Both the position numbers and the translations under genes were made by a program. The notes beneath the pieces were generated by a model that did not search any database, was not told the origin of the DNA, and worked only from the letters and a program-made list of their open reading frames with translations. A DNA stretch of 64,000 nucleotides from Mobula hypostoma (Eukaryota): contig NC_086106.1 in assembly GCF_963921235.1 (NCBI RefSeq), positions 23,994,001-24,058,000 of the forward strand. Direction: 5' to 3'. This document shows, piece after piece, positions 13,900 to 28,020 of the stretch. Numbering within the stretch: the first letter of the stretch is position 1; every line of letters begins with the position of its first letter.

Positions 13900-14540
13900 C
13901 CATCCAAATACACAATGTCCAATCATAGTAATGTATAATGAACAGAACAGCAATACACTCAAACCAGTGGGAGTTATCAGTCTGATGGCCAGGTAAAAGA
14001 AGATGTCCCGGAGCCTGTTGGTCATGGTTTTTATGCTGCAGTACCGTTTCGCGCATTGTGGCAGTTGGAATAGATTGTGGTTGGAATGCCTCGTGTCCCC
14101 AATGATCATCCGGGCCGTTTTTACAGCCCTGTCTTTGCAGATGTCCTGAAGCATCGGTAGATCACTCTTCCAAATGCACTCAGCAGTACGCACAACTCTA
14201 CAGGATCCTGCAATTAAAGGAGGTACATTTCCCATCCAGGCAGTGATGCTGCCAGCCAGGATGCTCTCATTTGTGCCCCTGTAGAAAGTTCATAGAATGT
14301 GGGGGCCCATACTAAACTTCCTCAACCGTCTGAGGAGAAGAACGCGCTGTTGTGGCAATTTCACCACACACTGGTGTGCACAGACAACGTGAGGACGTCG
14401 ATGATGTTTGAGGTGGCCACCCAGAAACTTGAAGCTGTTTACCCTCTCATCTCCAGATCCATTGATGTCAATAAGAGTTAGCTTTACTCTAGTCCACATG
14501 TAATCCAAAACCAGCTCTTTTGTTGTTTGATATTGGCCCA
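13900..14540 (-). mobile_element. Rex1/Babar-like non-LTR retrotransposon 3' fragment
   Basis: VNSFKFLG, QQRVLLLRRLRKF and KTARMIIGDTRHSNHNLFQLPQ...RYCSIKTMTNRLRDIFF fragments. Confidence 0.8.
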
Positions 14541-14559
14541 AACAATGTAGTGTCGCCCG

Positions 14560-15330
14560 GACATTTAATTAGCATATTAACGCTCTGAGTGGCCCTCCCC
14601 GTGGCAGTTTCAGGAAGTGTCGTTGGCTCTGGTTGGGCAATAGTAGAATCAGCCTTAAAAATCCGAGCCACACGGACGTAAATGGCGGTGTTCCAGTTGA
14701 AAGAAGTTTCCCAGTGAGGGAATACACTTAGAGGTGGGACTAGGCGTTCAGAACAACAGGGAGCCGATATCGCCGACCGGCAGGACGCTGGCTTGACGAC
14801 TTGTTCTGATTGAAGATTGGATATGCAGATATGAAGTCGTGGACGTCCTCGGACATAGATCGCTACCAAAATATGATCTTTATGAAGTCAGAGGCAGTGA
14901 ATTTCCGTGTGTCCAGCCAGACGCGAGCAGTTAACCCATTCCAGCATTATAGAGTGCACAGCAGCAGGGACAAGCAAGACGTTTGGGGGATTCCCAGTCT
15001 GTTCTGTGTCCAAAAGTTATGTGGCCTACATCGCTGCCACTATTTCCCATATCAATGGAGTAGCAACACACGAGCGAGGAAGAATGAGCTCTGGATCGGT
15101 ATTGCTATCAGATCCTTCGAACTGACGGGCAAATTTGTCAGCCTTGACATTCTGTCTGCAGGGATGACTGGTAAGTTGAACGGAAACCAGTTGGGAAAGG
15201 ATGTCCACCGTGCTTCACGAGCGCTGAGCCTCTTTCCATTCAGAATGTGGAAGAGGAAGCTGTGATCTCTCCTGTCTAAAAATGGATGTTCTTCCCCTCC
15301 AGCCATTGTTGCCATTTCTCTATTGTCTCA
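14560..15330 (-). mobile_element. Ty3/Gypsy (sushi-like) pol fragment: RNase H/integrase junction and integrase zinc finger
   Basis: ORF 15026-15208 reads QNVKADKFARQFEGSDSNTDPELILPRSCVATPLIWEI. Further along the - strand: IFW*RSMSEDVHDFISA and NQNKSSSQRPAG, matching the Gypsy integrase N-terminus pattern. Confidence 0.8.
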
Positions 15331-15439
15331 GCCGTTCCGATTTACCAACACCGTAGTTCCTATCGGCCAGACGCAAGCGACAGGAAAGTAAGTCACAAAA
15401 ATGCAGGCGGCTAGCAGCAGAAGATCGCTGAGAGAGGGC

Positions 15440-15835
15440 AGCTCCAATGCCAACAATGGATGCTTCACCCTGGAGTAGAGGCAGGAAACCTGTTCCCGAT
15501 GTTGCGGGAGTAGAGAAACAGAGGCCACAGTTTAAGAATAAGGGGTAGACAATTTACAATGGAGTTGAGGAAAAACGTTTTCACACAGAGGGTTGTCGTC
15601 CTGTGGAATGCTTTGCCTCATAAGGCACTGGAGGCCAATTCTCTGTATTCTTTCAAACAAAAGAAAAATAAATAAACAGTTTGATAGAGCCCTTAAATAT
15701 AGCAGAGTGAAAGATATGGGGAGAAGGCAGGGAAAGGGTGCTGATTGTAGGTGATCAGCCATGATCACAGTGAATGGTGGTGCTTGCCCGAAGGGCTGAA
15801 TGGCCTACTCCTGCATTATTGTCTATTGTCTATTG
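15440..15835 (+). mobile_element. CR1 LINE 3' end fragment
   Basis: aaacctgttcccgatg...ttttcacacagagggttg...gggctgaatggcctactcctgc and an (attgtct)n tail. Confidence 0.85.
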
Positions 15836-16099
15836 ACTATGAATATCTATGATGGGTCTGGGTTTTGAGCACTAGGATAATTATCAAACATTACTATAGC
15901 TTAGATAATGCTTGGTCAGTATCATCTCTCCAATGGAAACCCAACGAGGTCATCGTAAGGAGTGCCCTTATGGGAGTCACAATATAGCATAAATTCCAGA
16001 TGCAGTGGCGATGAAAGTTCGCAAACACCATGATGCGTCGAGCCTGTTTGACTAAACATGACCACTATACAAATTTCTGAATTTTACTCGAAGCAACTT

Positions 16100-16250
16100 G
16101 AACAGTGGATAAAACAACTCTGTCGTTCAAAAGGACACCTGGTCTTTATAAACTCACGTTTCTCGGGCTTGGCATACATGTTATTTTCAAAGAGCAGTCT
16201 GAGAATCCTCTGGAACCGTTTCACGTGCACCTGATTAGAACGGGAATAGA
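16100..16250 (-). mobile_element. Ty3/Gypsy RT fragment, probably the same element as 14560-15330
   Basis: HVKRFQRILRLLFENNMYAKPEKREF resembles the Gypsy RT motif HV..VL..LL.N.LY.K.EKCEF. Confidence 0.7.
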
Positions 16251-16275
16251 CATGGATGACGTCTAAATACACTAA

Positions 16276-16277
<2 letters not shown>

Positions 16278-16324
<47 letters not shown>
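16278..16324. repeat. (CA)n microsatellite
   Basis: Direct reading. Confidence 0.95.
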
Positions 16325-16325
<1 letters not shown>

Positions 16326-16649
16326 GGTTCAACATGTCTCTAAGTACATTGTTAAGAAACACCAGAAACAACAGGGACGTTGACGGGACCAAAGATCAAA
16401 ACTATGTACTAATCGTCGCCGCTAGATTTGTTGAAGGCCATTTTACACTCATTAGTTCCTCTCATATGATCCTGACTGTAAAAATTGCGTAGATCAGTTT
16501 AGGAAAGTATGGTTGTTCCCTGCAAATATTCGAAAGTCGAAGCCAGCAGGGAAAGGTAGAGGTTCTTCACTGTAATATTGTTCAGGGGCCGACAATCGAT
16601 GGAAGTATCGAACTCTTAAAGAGATGCCTCTTGCTGCTAGGAATTGACG

Positions 16650-17582
16650 GACGGATGAACCCATGGCAATATGTTCTGGATGAAGATAGGTAGAGGGGCT
16701 GGTAGTACTGAGGAAACAGACAGTCTGCAGAGAAACTTGGATAGATTGGAAGAATGGGTAAAGAGATGGCAAATGAAATACAATGTTGGAAAGTGTATGG
16801 TTATGCACTTTGGCAGAAGAAATAAACGGGCAGACTATTATTTAAATGGGAATCGAATTCAAAGTTTTGAGATGCAACGGAACTTGGGAGTCCTTGTACA
16901 GGATATTCTTAAGGTTAACCTCGAGGTTGAATCGGTGGTGAAGAAGGTGAATACAATGTTGGCATTCATTTCCAGAAGGATAGAATATAGGAGCAGGGAT
17001 GGATGTTGCGGCTCTATAAGGTACTGGGGAGACCTCACTTGGAGTAGTGTGGGCAGTTTTGGTCTCCTTATTTAAGAAAGGATGTGCTGACGTCAGAGAG
17101 CGTACAGAGAAGATTCACTAGAATAATTCCGGGAATGAGAGGGTTAACATATGAGCAACGTTTGTCCGCTCGTGGACTGTATTCCTTGGAGTTTAGAAGA
17201 ATGAGGGGAGACCTCATAGAAACATTTCGAATGTTGAAAGGAATGAAAGTGTGGATGTGGGAAAGTTGTTTCCCATGATGGGGGTGTCTCGTACGAGACG
17301 GCATAACTTAAGGACTGAAGGGCGCCCATTCAGATCAGAGATCGAAGATTTTTTTTTTTTGCCAGAGGCTGGTGAATCTATGGCATTTGTTGCCACGGGC
17401 GGCAGTGGAGGCCAAGTCTTGGGTGTATTGATAGGTATCTGAGTAGCAACGGTTATGGTGGGAAGGCGGGAGAATGGGACTGAATGAGAGAATATATCAG
17501 CTCATGATAAAATGGCGAGGCAGACTCGATGGGCCGAATGGCTGACTTCTGCTCCTTTGTCTTCTGGTCCTATGGTCGTATG
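16650..17582 (+). mobile_element. 5'-truncated CR1 LINE, close relative of the 3' part of the 19710-24297 copy
   Basis: LQRNLDRLEEWVKRWQMKYNVGKCMVMHFGRRN and VQRRFTRIIPGMRGLTYEQRL; (atggtc)n-type tail. Long near-identical stretches with 23330-24295. Confidence 0.92.
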
Positions 17583-19709
17583 GTATAAATCCTTGTCGAC
17601 AATTTCAGCATGAAAGAGGGAACGTAGCGGCTAAAGGGACGACCCGTGCAAGGTAGACCTACGGCAGAGCTTAAAGGCCGGGGAAAGGGTAGGGTGTGGA
17701 CCTATTTTAACATCAGCCGGAATCCCGGACATGTCCACAACCTTAGCTCACATAGGAGGGGATTCATGGAACAGAGTCTGATCTGATCTCAGGCAATTAG
17801 TCCCCACTGTTGAAATGCTCCAAATGACACATCTATCCGAGGGTTATTTCGGAGTAACCAGCAGAAATCAAGCACCAGTGGTAGTTCAAGTGAATTTACC
17901 ATATTTAAAGACAATTGTTTACTCTGCGTGTCTTCGACGACAAGGGCAATGAGTTCGGTGGAAACATGTATCTGTCCGACGACCAGAGGTCGAGAGTCCA
18001 GGGCCTTGATTTTGAACTTGCCCTTTCATCGCTAAGTCGGTACTCCACATCTTTGAGCTGGAGAGATACATATATGAGATTCCCATCTGCACTGGAGTGG
18101 AGAACACTCTTAGGTTCATGGGTCTGAAATCCCCAGGACAAGAAATTTCGAGCATTACATGATGACAGACATGTGACTGTAGAGAGACCCGACGCGTCTG
18201 GAGTCTGTAGGAGTTCGAATGCAGGAGTCAGATCTGGCCCACTCTGGCTGCCGCAGTAAGCTCCGGGACGGCGGCCATGAGAGCGGAAACTGCAGACAAC
18301 GGATCTGATTATATGTGGTGAGCTGTTGAACAGTTGCTGCAGCGGGTTATATCTGTTCAGCCAGATAAGACTGGGCTTTTCGGTACAATATTATTTGTTT
18401 TATTGCTATATTGGATTCACCCAAAATATTATTAGCTCGTCCCCTACCCGACCAGTGAAACTCAGGGTCAATATCAGCAGCTGTCTCTCTGCTGGGTACA
18501 TATGTTTCTGGTCGAGACTTGCTGTCAGTGCGTTCCGATATTACCCGAGCGGAGCGAGAATCTCTAAAGCGGATAGATATTCGACAGATTTTAAGACAAA
18601 AAGGGGTTTAAGGGAAAATAAAAACATAAAATTCAGGTCAAACAAGTCGTTAACAAAAGCTGTGAAATATAAAACTGCTTCCCAACACCGCCCCTGAAAA
18701 CTATAAATCAATACTAACCGAAAACGGCTAGTCTTCAGCGTCAAAAGACTTGACAATAAATTTCCCAGGCAAGGCTATGCAAGCACTCAGCATAACGTTG
18801 CAATGCTTTGATCAAGTCTCGACAAGCGTGAGAATGAAATCAGTTGGTTGAATACCGCCGTAATGAAATAATAACTGGAGTGGAGGTCGATAGTTCTTTT
18901 GCAATAAACTGGCGTGCCGGTGCACTCCGGCGCCATGTTGACAAATATTTTATTTTTGCCATTGTGGCCATCAGTTGTATTGACTGCATAGTATCATTTA
19001 CGGTTTATGATTTGTGTTGGCTCAATGCGAAAAGAATTATATTCTGAAACTATATTCTGACTGTTGTAGAAATATAACCTAATAAATATCCAATTTGGCA
19101 GACCAGGATAGAAGTTATTTCTAAAAAAAAGTTTGCATGACTGTTGTAATTATATTAAAATTATAGCAATTTTCATTCAAAATGGTAATACTGAATTTGA
19201 AGGTTGAACTGGAAATGAAACTTACTCTCAAAGTTTGCTTCTAGGTATTTAAAAAAAATGTTTGCATGAGTGTGGTCATTATATTAAAAGTATAGCTATT
19301 TTCCATGTTCAAAATGGCAATATTGTGTTTGAATTTTCGACTGGAAATGAAACGTACTCTGAAATGTGCGCTTAGATGCCTTTGAAGCAAACTACGTGTA
19401 ATAGCATCCCTGCTATTGACGCAATAAAAGTACAGTATATGTCGACATCAATCTTGGTATTCAGAGAATGAGGATATTTCCTTCAGAAGGGACACATGTA
19501 ATGTTTGAAGTAAATAACTTTTACATCACTGCAGTCCTTCACCAAGAAGTGATGCTTAGGACTGTACATCATTGCTTTGCACACCCAGTTACAACACATG
19601 GAAATTATACTAATTGTGCAGTCTGGAGAAAGACTGCTACAGTATTCTGCAGGTCGTACGTTAAAAAGTGGCAAACTAATTTCACAGTCTGTGATGTCGT
19701 GTCATTTTT

Positions 19710-22700
19710 GGATCGGGACCATAGAGCCGCTTGGGAGCTGAATTCTGAAGAAAGGCAGTTTATAAAAAAAAAAAATTCTTCGAGTGCAAGCAGGATGAGC
19801 CTGCGCAGGCGCGTGACGTACCAGGACAACGCGGTGAGTTTAAAAAGGAAGGTTGCTTCCAAAGGCTTTCTTTCGGATCGGGACGACGGAGCGGCGTGGG
19901 AGCTGAATTCTGAATAAAGGCAGTTTTTTTTTAACTTCCTCGAGTGCAAGAAGGACGATACTGCGCAGGTGCGTGACGTAACAGGACAGAATGGAGTGTT
20001 TAAAAAGGAGATCTCCCTATACAGTGGGCAGCTGTCGGAGCGGGCAGCAGAATGAGTGGTAGCAGAGTGTAGAGCTTTGGCTTCAACGGGCTTCGGCGGT
20101 AAACGGGAAGAGGCGAGAGCGAAGCATCAATTCTTTTTTTTTTTCTTTCCCCCCTCCCCACCCCCTTTTCTGGAATCGCCCGGACAGCTAACGGTTTAAA
20201 GAAGTTCGTCTGTTTGGCGAGGTAAGTGAGTGAGAAGACTTTTTTTTTCCAGTTTCATTCCTGTAGAATTAGATTGCATGCCTGCAGGGTTAGTGCTTTT
20301 TTCAGGGTGTCAGACGTGGGAATCCTGGAGATCTCCAGCCTCCCTGATGGCCATATCTGCGCCAGGTGCACCGAGAGGCAGCTCCTCAGAGACCGTGTTA
20401 TGTATCTGCAGCTGCAGCTTGATGACCTACTGCTTAACAGAAAAAAAGTGCAGAGGTAATAGACAGGAGCTGCAGGGAGGTAGTCATTCCTAGGCTGCAG
20501 GGGTCAGAAAGCTGGGTCACTGTCAAGAGTGGGAAGGGAAATGCCCGGATAGTGGAGAGTACACCTGTGGCTGTCCCCTACGGCAACAGATATATTGTTC
20601 TGGATGCTGTTCAGGGGGATGACCTGACAGGAGACGCCCACGGTGACCAGGTCTCTGGCTTGAACCTGGCGCTGTTGTGCAGGAGGGAAGGAGGGAAAAG
20701 AGGAATGCGGCAGTCATAGGGGATTCCATAGTCATTTAACGGACAGGAGATTCAGTGAGCCTGACAGAGATACCAGCATGGTGTGTTGCATCCCAGGTGC
20801 CAGGGTACGGGATGTCGCGGCTGGGGTCCAGAATATTCTGAAGGGGGAGGGCGAGCAACCAGTTCTCTTGGTACATGTTGGTACCAATGACATAGATAGG
20901 ACCAGGGAGGCGGTCCTGAAGAGAGATTTCTGGGAGTTAAGAAGGATGCAGGAAGCAGGATCTTCAGGGTAGTAATCTCGGGATTTCGACCTGTGCCACA
21001 TGCTAACGAGGGCAAGAATAGTAGGATCAGGCAGATGAATGCGTGGCTGTGAGTCTGGTGCAGGGGGCTGGACTTCAGATTCTTGGGTAATTGGGATCTC
21101 TTCTGGGGAAAGTATGACCTTTTCAAAATGGACAGGTTACACCTGAACCAGAAGGGACCAATATCCTGGCGGGGAGGTTGAATAGAGCTGTTGGGGGGGG
21201 GGGGGGGTTAAACTAATTTGGCAGGGTGGTGGGAACCGGAATGATAGAGCTGTGAGAGGGGAAAACGGAAATAAATCTAAGATAGTGAGCAGTAAAGATG
21301 TCAGGAAAGACAGGCAGGTGATGGGGCAAATTTGTAACCATTGGGATGAGTTGCAGTGCAATAAAGTTACAGTGAAATCAAAGTGAAAAGTACCAGATAC
21401 TGGTCTTAGCGTGTTATTCTTAAATGCACGCAGCATAAGGAATAAGGCGGATGATCTTGTCGTGCAGCTACAGGCTGGCAGGTATTATACTGTGGCCATT
21501 GCTGAGACGCGGCGAAAGCATTCATGTCTCTGAGAGTTGAACGTCCAAGGATACACGGTGTATTGGAAGGATAGGAAGGTGGGCAGAGGGGGAGGCGTGG
21601 CTTTATTGGTAAGAAATTATATTAAATTATTAGATAGAGGTGATATAGGATCGGAAGGTGCAGATTCTTTATGCGTTGAGCTAAGAAATCGCATGGGTAA
21701 AGAGATGTTGATGGCAGTTATTTTACGCCCCCAAACAGCTGCAGTGATGTGGAATCCAAATTACATTAGTAGTAGAGGCTTGTCGGAAGGGCAGTGTTAT
21801 GATAAATATGGGAGATTTGAACATGCTAGTGTATTGAGAGTATCAGGTCGGCACTGAATCTCAAGAGAGAGAATTTGTAGAATGTCTGCGAGATGGCTTT
21901 TTTAGAACAGCTTATTGTGAGCCCACTAGAGGATCGGCAGTACTGGATTGGGTATTGTGTAATGAACGGGCGGCGATTAGAGAGATTGAGATGAAAGAAC
22001 CCTCAGGGCGCGGTGATCATAACATTATTGATTTCACTGTGAAATTTGAAAAAGAGAAGCCGAAATCTGATGTGTATTTATTTCAGTGGAGTAAAGGAAA
22101 TTACAGCGGCATGAGAGAGGAACTGGCCAAAGTTGACTGGAAAGGGACATTAGTGTCAAGGACGGCAGAGCAGCAGTGGCTGGAGTTTAGCGAGATGTGA
22201 GGAAGGTGGAGCACAGGTATATACCAAAAAAGAAGAAATGTTAGAATGGAAAAAGGATGCAACAGTGGTTGACAAGAGATGTCAAAACAGAACAAAACAA
22301 AAAAACAAAGGAGAGGGCATACAAGGAAGAGCAAACATTGTGGGAAGACAGATGATTGGGAAGTTTTTAAAAGCTTACAAAAGGAAACTAAGAAAGTCAT
22401 CAAGAGGGAAAAGATTAACTATGAAAGGAAGCTAGCAAATCACATCAAGTATCTAAGGAGAAAAAAGAAAAAAAAGTGAGAGTAGATATAGGACCAATAG
22501 AAAATGATGCTGGACAGAAAATGATGCTGGAGAATTTGTAATGGGAGATAAGGAGATGGCGGAGGAACTGACCGAGTATTTTGCATCAGTCTTCACTGAG
22601 GAGGACATCAGCAGTATACCGGACATTCAAGGGTGGCAGGGAAGGGAAGTGTGCGCAGTTACTACAGAGAAAGTCCTCAGGAAGCTGAATAATCTAAAGA

Positions 22701-24297
22701 TAAGTAAATCTCCAGGAGCAGATGGAATGCACCCTCGTGTTCTGAAGGATGTAGCTGTGGAAATTGTGGAGGCATTACTGATGATCTTTCAAAAGTCGAC
22801 GGATTCTAGCATGGTTCCGGAGGACGGCAAGATTGCAAACGTCACTCCGCTAACTAAGAAGGGGACACGGAAGCACAAATGAAATTATAGACCTGTTAGC
22901 TGACATCGGTGGTTGGGAAGTTGTTGAAGTCGATTGTCGAGGGTGAAGGTACAGAGTACTTGGAGGCATATGACAAGATAGGCAGAACTCAGCATGGATT
23001 CCTAAAAGGAAAATCCTGCCTGACAAACTTATTACCAATTTTAGAGGAAATTACAAGTAGGCTAGACAAGGGAGATGCAGTGGATGTTGTATATTTGGAT
23101 TTCCAGAAGGCCTTTGACAAGGTGCCACACATGAGGTACTTAAATAGATAAAAGTCCATGGAATTACGGGAAAGTTACGTACGTCGTTAGAGCGTTGGCG
23201 GATTGGCAGGAAACAGAGTGTGGAAATAAAGGGATCCTATTCTCATTGGCTGCCGGGTACCAGTGGTGTCCCACAGGGGTTCTTGTTGGGCCGCTTCTTT
23301 TTACATTGTACATCAACGATTTGGATTATGGAATAGATGGCTTTGTGGCTAAGTTTGCTGACGATAAGAAGATTGGTGGAGGGGCCAGTAGTGCTCAGGA
23401 AACAAAGAGACTGCAGAGAAACTTGGATAGATTGGAAGAATGGGCAAAGAAGTGGCGAACGAAATACAATATTGGAAAGTGTATGGTTATGCACTTTGGC
23501 AGAAGAAATAAACGGGCAGACAATTATTTAGATGGGGAAAGAATTCAAAGTTCTGAGATGCAACGGGGCCTGGGAGTCCTCGTACAGCATACCCTTAAGA
23601 TTAACCTCCAGGTTGAGTCGGTGGTGAAGAAGGCGAATACAATGTTGGCGTTCATTTCTAGAGGAATAGAGTATAGGAGTAGGGATGTGATGTTGAGGCT
23701 CTATAATGCGCTGGTGAGACCACACTTGGAGTACTGTGGGCAGTTTTGGTCTCCTTGTTTAAGAAACGATGTGTTGACGTTGGAGAGGGCACAGAGAAGA
23801 GTCACTGGAATGATTCCGGAAATGAGAGGGTTAACATATGAGTGACGTTTGTCCGCTCATGGACTGTATTCCTAGGATTTTAGAAGAATGAGGGGAGACC
23901 TCAGAGAAACATTTCTAATGTTGAAAGGCATGCAAAGAATACATGGGGCAAAGTTGTTTCCCATTATGGGGGTGTCTAGTACGAGAGGGCATGAGTTAAA
24001 GATTGAAGGGCGCCTATTCAGAACAGAAATGCGAAGATTTTTTTTTTAGCCAGACGGTGGTGAGTCTATGGAATTTGTTGCCACGGGCAGCAGTGGAGGC
24101 CAAGTCATTGGGTGTATTTAAGGCAGAGATTGATATGTATCTGAGTAGACAGGGCATCAAAGGTTATGGTGAGAAGGTGGGGGAGTGAGACTAAATGGGA
24201 GAATGGATCAGCTCATGATAAACTGGCGGAGCAGACTCGATGGTCCGAATGGCCGATTTCTGCTCCTTTGTCTTATGGGCTTATGGTCTTATGGTCT
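19710..24297 (+). mobile_element. Near full-length decayed CR1 LINE with duplicated 5' region
   Basis: ORF1: HICARCTERQLLRDRV and CCIPGARVRDV...LVHVGTNDI (SGNH esterase-like). ORF2: endonuclease region, QHGFLKGKSCLTNL, YLDFQKAFDKVPH, AKFADDKKI and VRPHLEYCGQFWSP. (ttatggtc)n tail; multiple stops. Confidence 0.92.
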
Positions 24298-25479
24298 AAA
24301 CGAGGTCAAATTATTGTCAGAATAGTTTCCTGTGATTGCTTCAATAAGGAATTAAGACGTTTTGAACGACTTTTGTATAGAGCAGGTTAAAGAATGTAAC
24401 TATCCTGTCATCAAGCACAGCCTGAAGGTTTTGACAGTGCTCAATGACGAGTTGCACTAACTGTGCCGACAATATTGGGCAGAAATGATTTGCAGATTAA
24501 GAACGCATTCGGATACACTGGAAATGATGGATTACATATTTTGAAGTCAACAACAGGATACATTCTCAATCACCAGTACGTGGAATCAAAAATTATAGAT
24601 TGTTTTATTCCAGCATGTAAACTTGTTTTTTTCCGACTAACTACACCACACTGACACGTGCTGATACTGCCTATTGTACCGATCACACAACACGTAATGT
24701 ATGTCCTTCTGTCTCGTTCGTTTTTTTTTTCTTCAATTATACACTTCGTAAATACTGTCAACAAGCCACTGACAATTGATCTCATAGCCAAATCATTTCC
24801 AATACATCCCACTCACTGTGGAATATTTCCCGTCATCTTCCATTGGAATATCTTCACAGTTTTCCTAAACCAAATGAATCTCGCTTTGTCTACCCCCGTC
24901 ATTTTAAGTAATTCAACGACATCCCTTCTTACTTACCTCCGATCATTGGAGAACAAACTTGATGTCGAAATTCTCTGCTAATACTGCTTCATTGCATGCA
25001 GTATCTGGTGAATCTACTCTGATCCTCTCCAGCGACAATTTCCTGTATCCCAGTTAGCAGAACTACGCGCAGCCCTGCAACAGAGGTCTGACCAATACCT
25101 GTACTTCATAAATTACGATTATAATCTCGCATTTATCTACTCACTACACATATTCATGAAGGTCACTATCTCACCTCAAATATGCGCTGCCGCTTTTACG
25201 AAACTACGTGATATCCTTGCCCGCGTAGGTCTATGGAAGACGTAGACCCGTCTCGCCAAGCAAATTAAATTGTGACAGCTCTGCCACAGCAAACCCAATG
25301 CTATGAAATTTCATACCCTGTTACAAAGCATTGCCAATTCACAACCGCATCTTCATAAGATTAAAGGGATTACATTTATAAATCCTATCTAAATATTTAG
25401 TAAAGAAAAAAAAAAGATCAAAAATGACCATTTACTATTAAACACTAAAACAGATTCTGATATGATCTCGGCGCATTGG

Positions 25480-26520
25480 TGCACGGAATGAGGCGAACGT
25501 AAACGCATGACACTGACACGGAGGGAGCGTAATCAAAATAGTATTTATTAATGGTTCCGAGGAAGGCCGGGTACCAAGGATCAGGCAGAGGAAAGCCGAG
25601 GAGTGAGCGAGTCTGGACCGGCGATCGAACCCTGGTTCGGGGAGAACGCAGCGTTTAAACACTGTGCCAGCGGAGAGTGTAAGTGGACAGAGGGACGAGG
25701 CAGTACAGGTATGCGGACAAGGGGATGATCGTGGCTGGGAGAGAGCCGTGGCCGGCATGCCATGCTCCTGTAAAACGGAGAGATAGAGAGATTTAACACA
25801 GGGTATCAGAGCATAAACAGAACTTGGAATACACAATTCTAAGCAGCCAAGAGACAGAGTTAACACAGACAACCGGCACGGGATCAGAACTTAGAATAAA
25901 CAATTCTAAGCGGTTGAGAGACACAGTTAACACAGGCTTACAGCGCGGATGAAAGGAAGAGCAGGAGGTAGACAAAAATTTCTTGTCAGAGGGCGTAGCT
26001 GGAACTGAAAGGGAAACTGGAGACAGGCGGCAGGGAACACTTATCTTGACAGCCAGCGTTTAATGGAAAGGCAAAAGGCAGACAATTTTCTTTTCGGCAC
26101 AGGGTGTTGATGGAACTGAGCGGCAAGCAGGAGACAGGCGGCAGACAGCACTTATCTTGATACGGAGCGTTAAATGGAAAGGCAATCGGCAGGCTATTCA
26201 ATCTTGAAAAGGAGAGACAGAGTTCCACAGCTAAACTTTGGTGGTGTACTGAGGTAAAACTTAGAATACGTATCTTGACACGGAGAGCCAGAGTTACACA
26301 GGTAATCCTCGGTACTGAAGTAAAACTTCGAATACTTAGCTTGACACAGAGAGACTGAGATTCACATTGGCTGGATTAACGGTCTGTCAATCAGTGATGC
26401 AAAGGCGTTTTTTTTTCAACTGCAGGTCTTGATAAGAATCAGGTGTGTCGTAATCAAATGCAAAAGTTACGGTCAAGACAATGGCACGCCTGGATCCTTC
26501 GAAACACGAAATGTCACACG
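25480..26520 (-). mobile_element. Probable solo LTR / LTR-like repeat with internal sub-repeats
   Basis: Internal direct repeats (ggagacaggcggcag...cacttatcttga twice; gtactga.gtaaaactt.gaatac..a.cttgacac twice) and a - strand AATAAA near 25545. No coding motif; ends are uncertain. Confidence 0.4.
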
Positions 26521-26689
26521 ACTAGTTCTCTCTAGTCTTTAATCTATTGATCTCCCGCTCACATTCTTTCGCACTCGTTATCTCTAATCATAACCCAAAT
26601 ACTGCTTTTACATAAACACCATTACGTTAGCAGTGAAACGTTTTCCAGGCTGTTATACATTCCGTCACCAAAATTACTCATGTCCTCAT

Positions 26690-28020
26690 GACGATGAATC
26701 AGAATCAGATTCATAAACAGGTCTATCATTTCTGGAAACTGTCATGAAATTAGTTTACTTAGCAGTAGCAGTTCAGTGCAATACATATATAAAAGAGTAA
26801 AATGTATTATAATAATAAGGGAATCAAACACATTATCTGGATATTGAATGGATTAAAATCGTGCAAAAAACCAAATTATATATATATATATATTTAAAAA
26901 GTGAGGCACTGTTCAAAGGTTAAATATCCATTTAGTAATCTGATGACAAAGTTGAATAAGTTGCCCCTGAATCGGAGGGAGAGCCTTCAGGCTTCTGTAC
27001 CTCCTACCTGATGGCAGCAGTGAGGAAAGAGCAATCCTTGGGTGATGGAGGCCTTAATAATGGACGCTGCCTTTCTGAGACACTGCTCCTCGATGGTGTC
27101 CTGGGTACTTTGCAGGCTAGTAACCATGATGGAACCGACTAAATTCACAACTCTTTCCAGCTGCGTTTGGTCCTGCGCAGTAGTCTCCCCATGACAGACA
27201 GTTGTGTGGCCGATCATAAGGCTCTCCTCGGTACGTCGATTGAATTTATTGAATGTATTTTGACATACCAAATCACCTCAAGGTCCCAATGAAGTAGTAG
27301 TTGTTTTGCCTTCCTTATAATTGCATTGAAGAGTTGGGAACTTTCGAGATTTTGACGCACTTAAACTTGAAACTGCTCACCTCTCCACTTCTGATCCAAC
27401 AATCAGGATTGGTAAGAGTCCCTTCGTCTTTCCCTTCCTGAAGTCAACAATCTGTTATTTCGTCTTACTGACGTTGAATGCCAGGTTGTTGCTCCGACTC
27501 CACTGCACTAGTTGGCATATCTCGCTCCTGTACGCCCTCTCGGCACCATCTGAGATTTCTACCATCAGCCAATTTATGGAGGGTATTTGAATTACGCGTG
27601 ACCACACAGTCAGTAGTATATGGAGAGTAGAGCAGTGGGCTGAGCAAACAACACCGAGATACACCAGTGTTGAGTATCAGCGAGGAGGATATGTCATCAC
27701 CAATCCGCACAGATTGTGGTTTTCCAGTTAGGAATTCAAGGATCCAATTTCAGAGGGAGGTGCTGAGGCCCAGGCTCCGTAATTTCTCAATTAGGGTTGT
27801 GGGAATAATGGTATTAAATGCTGAGCTAGAGCGGATGAACTGCATCCTAACAAAAGTGTTTATTTTGTACAGGTGTTCTAAATCCGTGTGAAGAGTCATT
27901 GAAATGTGGAAGGCTACCCATCATGCAAAGCACAGATGTAAAAGTCTGTGTCACAGTTCACCATGGGGATAGGGGCCATGCACTGTTCCCCGGGTGCAAC
28001 AAAACCAATCGCTCTGGGGT
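26690..28020 (-). mobile_element. Rex1/Babar-like LINE fragment (RT and 3' end)
   Basis: [30 protein letters not shown]...[16 protein letters not shown] and QCLRKAASIIK. Confidence 0.85.
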
